A DNA stretch of 64,000 bases, from contig JARBUD010000027.1 in the NCBI GenBank assembly GCA_029239875.1, forward strand, positions 4,290 to 68,289, in the 5' to 3' direction. The position numbers and the translations under genes were made by a program. The stretch comes from Xanthobacteraceae bacterium. GTDB taxonomy: Bacteria > Pseudomonadota > Alphaproteobacteria > Rhizobiales > Xanthobacteraceae. Under the pieces are notes generated by a model that was given only the letters and a program-made list of their open reading frames with translations, did not search any database and was not told where the DNA came from. Each line of letters opens with the position of its first letter. Position 1 is the first letter of the stretch. Shown here in pieces: positions 57,081 through 64,000 of this stretch.

Positions 57081-57950
57081 TCAGGCCGCCGCGACGACCG
57101 AGGGCATGGCGAGCGCGCCGCGCAGCATTTCGGCGAGGCGGCGGGCGGCGGCGGAGGCGGCGGGCGCCAGCAGCAGGCCGATCTCGATGTCCGGCAGCGG
57201 CGGCAGTCCTTCGGCCGCGCCGAGACGGCGCCATTCGGGCGGCGCGGCGCATTCCGGCATGGCGGTGATGCACAGGCCGGTCTCGATGGCCGCGGCGATG
57301 CCGCCTTGGGAGGAGGAGGTGCAGGCGACGCGCCAGCTCAGGCCCGCCTTGTCCAGGGCCGCGGAGATGTGCGGTCGGGCGCGGCACCCGGTGGGAAACA
57401 AAGCGAGGGGAAGCGGGTCGTTCTTCTCCGGCCGGTGGCCGCGGGCGGCGAGCCAGAGCAGCTTCTCGCGCTTGAGCAACTCGCCGGTCGGGCGGGAATG
57501 GTCGCGGGTGAGCAGCGCCACATCGATATGGCCGCGCTCGACTTCCGGCTCGATGTTCTTCGACAGGTCGGAGCGGATCGAGATCTCGACCCGCGGATAG
57601 GCGGCCGCGAAACGTGCGATGGTCGGGGTCAGATAGGCGTCGACATAGTCGTCCGGCATGCCGAGGCGCACGCTGCCTTCCGGCGTGCCGCCCTTCAGGT
57701 CGGCCAGCGCCTCGCTCTCATAGGAGAGCAGGCGACGGGCATGGGCGACGAGACGCTCACCGGTCTCGGTCAGCGAGATGCCGCGCCGCGAGCGCTCCAG
57801 CAGCCGCACGCCGAGGCTGTCTTCCAACTGGGCGATGCGCGCCGAAACCGCGGACTGGGTGCGGCCAACACGCTCGGCAGCGGCGGTGAAGCCACCGGTG
57901 TCGACGATGGCGATGAGCATGCCGAGGGATTCGGTGTCGAGATGGCGCAT
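57081..57950 (-). CDS. LysR family transcriptional regulator
   Basis: Start MRHLDTESLGMLIAIVDTGGFTAAAERVGRTQSAVSARI at 57950, preceded by GGAGG. Confidence 0.85.
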   Translation of the reverse strand: MRHLDTESLGMLIAIVDTGGFTAAAERVGRTQSAVSARIAQLEDSLGVRLLERSRRGISLTETGERLVAHARRLLSYESEALADLKGGTPEGSVRLGMPDDYVDAYLTPTIARFAAAYPRVEISIRSDLSKNIEPEVERGHIDVALLTRDHSRPTGELLKREKLLWLAARGHRPEKNDPLPLALFPTGCRARPHISAALDKAGLSWRVACTSSSQGGIAAAIETGLCITAMPECAAPPEWRRLGAAEGLPPLPDIEIGLLLAPAASAAARRLAEMLRGALAMPSVVAAA

Positions 57951-58154
57951 CGGGGCCTCCTTCCCGCTGGAGGGGTCGTGGCACCTTGGAGCCACGAGAT
58001 CGTTCATATCAGAAATTACGATGAAACGACAAAATAAATTCACTTTCCCGATGTCAGGAGCGGGTGTACACGGCGTTCAGTCACGATCAGAGAATTGACT
58101 CGTGCGCGGCCGAGCGCGTCGCCGACCGAAACTGTTGTGCCCTTCGAGTCCAGC

Positions 58155-59177
58155 ATGGCCCCGCCCCCCGCTTCCGTCGCGATGTCCACTTCGCTCGACG
58201 CCGCCGTCGAGTCCGTCTCCTCTTCGGCGGTGAACGAGGCGCGGCTGCGCCGGCAGGCCTTTTTGGCCGTGCTGCTGGCAGCGTTCTGCATCGGCTTCTC
58301 GCCGGTGCTGGTGCGCTATGGCGATGCCGGCCCGGCCGCCATCGGCTTCTGGCGCCTGTTCTTCGCCCTCGGCCCGACGGCGCTGTGGGCCTGGGCCGAG
58401 CATCGCTCGGAGCGCCGGCGCCTCGCGGCATCCGCCACGCCGCGTTTGCTGCCGATCCGTGCCTATGCCTTCGCCGCCCTCGCCGGCGTGTTCTTCGGTG
58501 CCGATCTCATCGCCTTCCATGTCGGGCTTGCCAACACGAGCACCGCCAACGGCGTGTTGCTCGGCAACCTCGCCGTGGTGTTCGTGCTCGTGTTCGGCTG
58601 GCTGTTCCTCGACGAACGCCCGACGCGCGGGCTGCTCCTGGCGCTGGCGACCGCATTGGCCGGCACGCTGTTCATCATCCTGAGCAGCGTCGGGCACAGC
58701 CATGGCGCCGGCCCGCGCGCGGTGAGCGTGTTCGGCGACATGCTGTGCGTCGCGGCGGCACTGTTCTACGCGGGCTACATGCTGATGACGCGCGTCGTCC
58801 GGCGTGCCGGCAGCAACGGCGTGGCGGCGCTCGGCGGCGGCATGACGGCGCTGGTCGCCACCGCGACCGGCGCGGTGACCTGCCTGATCTGGGCGGTGGC
58901 CACCGGCGAGGTGCTGGTGCCGCAGAGCGTGCAGGGCCTGCTGGCCGTGGTCGGCCTCGGCATCGTCGCCCATGCCACCGGGCAGGGGCTGACGACCTTC
59001 GCGCTCGGCCGGCTGCCGGCGGGACTGATTTCCGTAGTGCTGCTGCTGCAGATCGTCGTCGGCGTGACCTTCGCCGCGCTGCTGTTCGGCGAAATCCCCT
59101 CGCTGATGGTGATCATCGGCGGCACGCTGGTAGTGGCGGGCGTCGCCACCGCCCGGCCGGGTGGCCGGCGCGCCTGA
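58155..59177 (+). CDS. DMT (EamA-like) family transporter
   Basis: About 10 hydrophobic spans. Divergent from the LysR gene. Start uncertain (ATG 58155 or 58182). Confidence 0.75.
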   Translation: MAPPPASVAMSTSLDAAVESVSSSAVNEARLRRQAFLAVLLAAFCIGFSPVLVRYGDAGPAAIGFWRLFFALGPTALWAWAEHRSERRRLAASATPRLLPIRAYAFAALAGVFFGADLIAFHVGLANTSTANGVLLGNLAVVFVLVFGWLFLDERPTRGLLLALATALAGTLFIILSSVGHSHGAGPRAVSVFGDMLCVAAALFYAGYMLMTRVVRRAGSNGVAALGGGMTALVATATGAVTCLIWAVATGEVLVPQSVQGLLAVVGLGIVAHATGQGLTTFALGRLPAGLISVVLLLQIVVGVTFAALLFGEIPSLMVIIGGTLVVAGVATARPGGRRA

Positions 59178-59240
59178 AAAGCCCCTTGCGGAGCTGCGGC
59201 GGCGGGTCTACCTCCTGACCGTAGCGAAGGAGCGCAATCC

Positions 59241-59582
59241 ATGTCCCAGCCCAACCCGTTCGGTGGCGTGATCGAGCATCTCTCGGTCGAGGAGGTCAAG
59301 GCCGGCCTCGAGGACGGGAGCATCCTGCTGGTCGACGTGCGCGAGCCTAACGAGACGGCCGTCGAGCGCATTCCCGGAGCTGTCGAGTTTCCGCTTTCCA
59401 CCTTCGATGCGGCCGCGCTGCCCGATCCCGGCGAGAAGACGCTCGTGTTCTCCTGCCGCTCCGGCCAACGCTCGCAAAAGGCCGCCGCCGCCGCGCAGGC
59501 GGCCGGCTACGACCTGCACCGCCACATGGCGGGCGGCATCCTCGCCTGGAAGGAAGCCGGCTTCCCGACCGACAAGGGCTGA
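59241..59582 (+). CDS. Rhodanese-like single-domain sulfurtransferase
   Basis: 113 aa with active-site loop CRSGQRS. Confidence 0.85.
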   Translation: MSQPNPFGGVIEHLSVEEVKAGLEDGSILLVDVREPNETAVERIPGAVEFPLSTFDAAALPDPGEKTLVFSCRSGQRSQKAAAAAQAAGYDLHRHMAGGILAWKEAGFPTDKG

Positions 59583-59584
59583 GT

Positions 59585-60964
59585 TCAGCCCACCAGCCGC
59601 CGCATCACGTCGCGCGTCGCCGCGACGAGGCGGTCGACCTGTTCGCCCGTGGTCGCGGGCGAGGCCAGCATCATGTCGTGGAAGGGCGAGATCAGCACGC
59701 CGCGCACCAGCAGCGCGAGGTGGATCGCTGCCTCCAGCGCCGGGTAATGCGCCGACTTCGCCTGACGCCCGTCGGTGAGCGGGGCGGGAGCGCGCACCAC
59801 CTCCACCCGCGCACCGCAGCGGGCGACATGCCAGGGCAGGCCGGCCTCGGCGAGCACGGCCGACAGGCCCGCCTCCATGCGGTCGGCGAGGCGGTTCATA
59901 TGGGCGAAGGCGTCCTCGGTCGCGACTTCTTCCAGCGTCGCGCGTAGCGCGGCGAGCTGGAGCGGGCTGCCGGATAGCGTGGTGCCCATGCCGGAATGCC
60001 CGTCCGGCCGATTGGCCTTGGCGTCGCGGAAGCGTGCCGCCGTCTCCTCGTTCATGCCCCAGACCGAGGCCGGCACGCCGCCGGCGATGGCCTTTCCGGC
60101 GACGAACATGTCGGGCTGCAGACCGTAGGCCCGCGTATAGCCACCGGGGCCAGTAGAGAGGGTGTGGGTCTCGTCGATCAGCAGCAGCGTGCCGTGCCGG
60201 CGGGTGATCTCGCCCAGGCCCTCGTGGAAGCCGGGTTGCGGCAGCACCATCGCGCAGTTGGTCATCACGGGCTCGGCGATGACGCAGGCCACGGTGTTGT
60301 CGGCCAGGGCCGCCTCCACCGCGTCGAGGTCGTTGAACGGAACGACACGGGTGAGCATGGAGAGGTCACGCGGCTCACCGATCAGCGCCGGTCGGTTGGC
60401 AGTGCGCCCGTTCGGGCCGATCTCGACGAAGGTCTCGTCCACCGCCCCGTGATAGGCGCCGTCGAAGACGAGGATACGCGGCCGCCCGGTCGTCGCGCGG
60501 GCGGCGCGGAGGGCGAAGCGGTTGGCATCGGTGGCGGTGGTGGCGACCTGCCAGTAGGGCAGGCCGAAGCGGGCGCTGAGCAGGTCGCCGACGATGGCCG
60601 CGTCCGGGCTCGGCAGCATGGTGGCGAGGCCCGCCCGCGCCTGCCGCGCCAGCGCCTCGGCGACCGGCGCCGGGCCGTGACCGAACAGCGAGGCGGTGTC
60701 GCCGAGGCAGAAATCGTCATAGGCGTGGCCGTCGACATCGACGAGGCGTGCACCGGTGGCTTCGGCGATGACAAGTGGCACCGGTGTCGACCAGTCGACC
60801 ATCCAATGCATCGGCACGCCGTCGAGCAGATGCGCAGCGGCGCCGGCGGCGGCGCGGGTCTTCGGCCGGGTGCCGAGATAGAGCGCCTCGGCCTCCGCGC
60901 GCAGGGCGGCGGTGCGGGAAGGCGCGATGCCGGCCGCCATGTCGGGCGCGACGTTCAGGTTCAT
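59585..60964 (-). CDS. Class-III PLP aminotransferase, glutamate-1-semialdehyde aminomutase-like paralogue
   Basis: Start MNLNVAPDM at 60964. Has FDGAYHG and FVAGKAIAGGVP (PLP-lysine context). Confidence 0.75.
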   Translation of the reverse strand: MNLNVAPDMAAGIAPSRTAALRAEAEALYLGTRPKTRAAAGAAAHLLDGVPMHWMVDWSTPVPLVIAEATGARLVDVDGHAYDDFCLGDTASLFGHGPAPVAEALARQARAGLATMLPSPDAAIVGDLLSARFGLPYWQVATTATDANRFALRAARATTGRPRILVFDGAYHGAVDETFVEIGPNGRTANRPALIGEPRDLSMLTRVVPFNDLDAVEAALADNTVACVIAEPVMTNCAMVLPQPGFHEGLGEITRRHGTLLLIDETHTLSTGPGGYTRAYGLQPDMFVAGKAIAGGVPASVWGMNEETAARFRDAKANRPDGHSGMGTTLSGSPLQLAALRATLEEVATEDAFAHMNRLADRMEAGLSAVLAEAGLPWHVARCGARVEVVRAPAPLTDGRQAKSAHYPALEAAIHLALLVRGVLISPFHDMMLASPATTGEQVDRLVAATRDVMRRLVG

Positions 60965-61010
60965 GTCTCGGCTCCGGCCGGAAGGCGTGGAGATTAGCGC
61001 GTTCCGGCGA

Positions 61011-61451
61011 TCAGGGCGACCGATGGGCGTCGGGGTGAAGAATTTCCATGTAGCGCGACGCACCGGTGATCTCGGCGAAGCCGAACTGGCGGTAGAGGTC
61101 GTGGGCATCGACCGTGACGAGTTGGAAGCGCCGCAGCCGTTTCACGTCCTCATGCTCCAGGATGCACTGCATCAGCGCCTTGGCGAGCCCCTTGCCGCGG
61201 TGTGCCGGCAGCACGAACACATCCGCCAGTAGCCCGAACAGCGCCCGGTCGGTCACCACGCGGGCGAAGCCGACCTGCGCGGTGTCGTGGTAGAGCCCGA
61301 AGCACAGAGAATTGGCGATCGAGCGCTCCACGATCTCGCGCGCGATGCCCGGCGACCAGTAGCTGTCCTTGGCGAGGTATTGATGGATGACGTCGACGTT
61401 CAGCCGCGCCGGGTCGGTCGAGATCTCATAGCCATCGGGCAAGGACGGCAC
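61011..61451 (-). CDS. GNAT family N-acetyltransferase
   Basis: GTG at 61451, 7 nt after the upstream aminotransferase stop. Block VLPAHRGKGLAKALM. The track ORF start at 61547 would overlap the upstream gene. Confidence 0.65.
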   Translation of the reverse strand: MPSLPDGYEISTDPARLNVDVIHQYLAKDSYWSPGIAREIVERSIANSLCFGLYHDTAQVGFARVVTDRALFGLLADVFVLPAHRGKGLAKALMQCILEHEDVKRLRRFQLVTVDAHDLYRQFGFAEITGASRYMEILHPDAHRSP

Positions 61452-61458
61452 GCTGCTG

Positions 61459-62838
61459 TCACCGCACCCAGCCCCAGCGCTTGAGCTCGGCATAGGTGTC
61501 GTCGAGCGTCTTGCGGGCGCGGGCGACGAGTTCGTCGATCTCGCCATGGGAGATGACCAGCGGGGGGGCGATGATGAGACGGTCGCGCACGGCGCGCATC
61601 ACGAGGCCGTTCTTGAACGAGAAGTCGCGGGCCAGCGTGCCGACCTTGCCCACATCGGCGAAGCTGGTGCGGCCGGTCTTGTCCGGTGTCAGCTCCAGCG
61701 CGCCGATGAGACCCGTCATCGGCGCCTCGCCGACCAGCGGATGGTCCGCCAGCGCGCTCCAGCCGGCCTTGAGATAGGGGCCGGCATCGTTGGCGACATG
61801 GCCGACCAGATCCTCGCGCAGCATGATGTCGAGATTGGCGATGGCGGCGGCGCAGGCGGCCGGATGGCCGGAATAGGTGTAGCCGTGGTTGAAGTCGCCG
61901 CCCTCCAGCAGCACCTCGGCGACGCGGTCGGCGACCATGACGGCGCCGAGCGGCATGTAGCCGGAGGTGATGCCCTTGGCCATGACGAGGATGTCCGGCT
62001 CGGTGTGGAAGGTTTCGCAGCCGAACCAGGAGCCGGTGCGACCGAAGCCGCAGATTACTTCGTCGGAGATGAACAGGATGTCGCGCTCGCGGCAGATGCG
62101 GGCAATCTCCGGCCAGTAGGTTGCGGGCGGGATGATGACGCCGCCGGCACCCTGGATCGGCTCGGCGATGAAGGCGGCGATGCGGTCCTCGCCCATGGCG
62201 TCGATGGCGGCTTCGAGCGCCTGCGCGGCGCGAAGGCCGAACTCTTCCGGCGTCTCGCCCTGCCGCGCCTCGCCCCACCAATAGGGCTGAGCGATGTGCA
62301 GGATGTCGGGGATCGGCGCGCTCTGCGCGTGCATCGGCGCCATACCGCCGAGGCTGCCGGCGGCGACGGTGGAGCCGTGATAGGCGTTGCGGCGGGAGAT
62401 GATGATCTTCTTCTCCGGCTTTTCCTTGATCTGGAAATAGCGGCGGACCAGCTTGATCACCGTGTCGTTGGATTCCGAGCCCGAGCCGGTGAAGAACGCG
62501 CGGTTGAACTGCGGCGGCGTGAGCTCGGCGAGCTTGGCGGCGAGCTCGATCGCCGGCTTGTGCGTCGTCTTGAAGAAGGTGTTGTAGTAGGGCAGCTCGG
62601 TCATCTGCCGGGCGACGGCATCGACGATTTCCTGCCGCCCATAGCCGACATTGACGCACCACAGGCCCGACATGCCGTCGAGGATGCGGTTGCCGTCGGA
62701 ATCGGTCAGCCATACCCCCTCGGCCTTGACGATGATGCGCGAGCCCTCGGCGTTCAGCGATTTCATGTCGCTGAAAGGGTGCAGGTGATGGGCGGCGTCG
62801 AGCGCGCGCATCTCGGCGGTAGAGGAGGGCAGGGACAT
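61459..62838 (-). CDS. Class-III PLP aminotransferase (omega-amino acid/putrescine:pyruvate type)
   Basis: 459 aa with ISDEVICGFGRTGSWFG and VMAKGITSGYMPLG motifs. Confidence 0.85.
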   Translation of the reverse strand: MSLPSSTAEMRALDAAHHLHPFSDMKSLNAEGSRIIVKAEGVWLTDSDGNRILDGMSGLWCVNVGYGRQEIVDAVARQMTELPYYNTFFKTTHKPAIELAAKLAELTPPQFNRAFFTGSGSESNDTVIKLVRRYFQIKEKPEKKIIISRRNAYHGSTVAAGSLGGMAPMHAQSAPIPDILHIAQPYWWGEARQGETPEEFGLRAAQALEAAIDAMGEDRIAAFIAEPIQGAGGVIIPPATYWPEIARICRERDILFISDEVICGFGRTGSWFGCETFHTEPDILVMAKGITSGYMPLGAVMVADRVAEVLLEGGDFNHGYTYSGHPAACAAAIANLDIMLREDLVGHVANDAGPYLKAGWSALADHPLVGEAPMTGLIGALELTPDKTGRTSFADVGKVGTLARDFSFKNGLVMRAVRDRLIIAPPLVISHGEIDELVARARKTLDDTYAELKRWGWVR

Positions 62839-63009
62839 CGGAGCGCTCGCGGGATGGAGAGGTGACAGCGCAGAATGTGATCACATTTTGCGTGCGTCAA
62901 GCTATCCGGCATGGCACAAGGGCTGCAACGGAAACCTCGCGGCTGCTTGACCGGTCCGGGGCTGCCATGACCAAATCGATGCCACGACTGATTTTTTACC
63001 AGGTGGATC

Positions 63010-64000
63010 ATGCCATTGCCTGAAGCCGTGAAGCCCGTCACGGCCACTGAGCCCGAAAACGACCTTCTCCATGACGAGTTCGGCTCCTATGTCGCCGCCC
63101 ACGGCGCGCCGGAGATCGTCGAGGTGCTGCTGCCCGACACTCATGGCGTGCTGCGCGGCAAATGGATCCCCGGCGGGGCGGGCGCGAAGATCTGGGGCGA
63201 CGGCGTCGCCATACCGCTGTCCATCTTCGGCCTGGACATCTGGGGGCGGGAGGTCGAGGAGACCGGCGTCCACATCGAGACCGGCGACCGCGACGGCATC
63301 TGTCGGCCGGTGCCGGGCACGCTGAAGCCGGTGCCGTGGTCGCCGCGGCCGGCGGCGCAGGTGATGCTGTCCATGTACGAGCCAAACGCGCTGAGCGGCG
63401 AGATACCGTGGGAGCTCGACCCGCGCCACAGGCTGACGACGCAACTGGAGCGCCTCGCCGCGCGCGGGCTCTACCCTTGCGTCGCCTTTGAGCTGGAATT
63501 CTACCTGCTCAAGCCCGCGCCGGGCCCCGGCGGCGTGCCGGAGCCGGTGTTCCCCGCCTCGGCGAACGGGCCGGCGCGGCAGAACATGTATTCGATGTCC
63601 GACCTCGACGCCTATGCCGGGCTCCTGCACGACATACGCGAGGCTGCGCGCATCCAGGGCCTGCCGGCCGACACGGTGATATCCGAGGCCGCGCCCGGCC
63701 AGTATGAGGTGAACCTCTATCACCGCACGGAAGCCCTGGCCGCGGCGGACGACGCCATACTGCTGCGCCGGCTGATCGACGGCGTGGCGCGCAAGCACGG
63801 TGTGCGGGCGAGCTTCATGCCCAAGCCCTTCCTCGACTTTGCCGGCTCCGGGATGCACGTCCATGTCAGCCTGACCGACAGGGACGGAGCGAACGCCTTC
63901 GGGGCCGGCGAGGCGGGCGACCGCCTGCTGCGCCACGGCGCCGCCGGGCTGCTCGCCACCATGGCCGACACGGCCTTGTTGTACGTGCCGAGCTATAACG
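63010..64000 (+). CDS. Glutamine synthetase family protein (gamma-glutamyl-polyamine synthetase-like), 3'-truncated by window end
   Basis: My own translation from ATG 63010 (AGGTGGA upstream) stays open to position 64000. Blocks VAFELEFYL, EAAPGQYEVNL, ASFMPKPF and GSGMHVHVSL match GS-type catalytic motifs. It is absent from the supplied ORF track because it has no stop in the window. Confidence 0.8.
   Translation, partial: MPLPEAVKPVTATEPENDLLHDEFGSYVAAHGAPEIVEVLLPDTHGVLRGKWIPGGAGAKIWGDGVAIPLSIFGLDIWGREVEETGVHIETGDRDGICRPVPGTLKPVPWSPRPAAQVMLSMYEPNALSGEIPWELDPRHRLTTQLERLAARGLYPCVAFELEFYLLKPAPGPGGVPEPVFPASANGPARQNMYSMSDLDAYAGLLHDIREAARIQGLPADTVISEAAPGQYEVNLYHRTEALAAADDAILLRRLIDGVARKHGVRASFMPKPFLDFAGSGMHVHVSLTDRDGANAFGAGEAGDRLLRHGAAGLLATMADTALLYVPSYN

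Overview
This is a GC-rich (roughly two-thirds G+C by eye), gene-dense chromosomal segment. Gene content and intergenic repeats look alphaproteobacterial, of Hyphomicrobiales/Rhizobiales type; the taxon is a guess. I support about 62 protein genes, one tRNA-Val(CAC), one clear pseudogene, three terminators and about 15 copies of four intergenic palindromic repeat families.

Content is mostly housekeeping:
- dusA
- the cobalamin lower-ligand module bluB-cobS plus cobT
- moaA, rpiA, gor, class II DAHP synthase, nadE, gltX, cysS, psd-pssA and apbC/mrp

There are also many transporters:
- two incomplete ABC systems
- three tandem TRAP binding-protein paralogues
- a complete tctCBA system
- three DMT/EamA genes, one MFS gene, chrA, and an ArsR-linked Atm1-type exporter

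The right edge carries an amine/polyamine-type catabolic cluster: two class-III aminotransferases, a GNAT, and a glutamine-synthetase-like gene that runs off the window and is missing from the supplied ORF track.

I see no integrase, transposase, CRISPR array, phage genes or recognisable defence genes, and I do not find a convincing new multi-gene system. The best candidates for follow-up are:
- a tandem pair of uncharacterised GxSxG hydrolase-like paralogues with conserved non-ATG starts and basic FRRLR tails (35339-37039)
- an orphan two-domain RgpF-like protein (38809-40710)
- the orphan TRAP binding-protein array, whose first copy carries a frame-breaking ~31-nt deletion
- a perfect 63-bp in-frame tandem duplication in a secreted Cys-containing protein
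- a possible dusA 5'-end scar next to a truncated ABC operon
- several direct or inverted repeat motifs in promoter regions

Most long ORFs in the track that lie antisense to, or out of frame with, these genes are Arg/Ala/Gly/Pro-rich shadow ORFs typical of high-GC DNA, and I rejected them.
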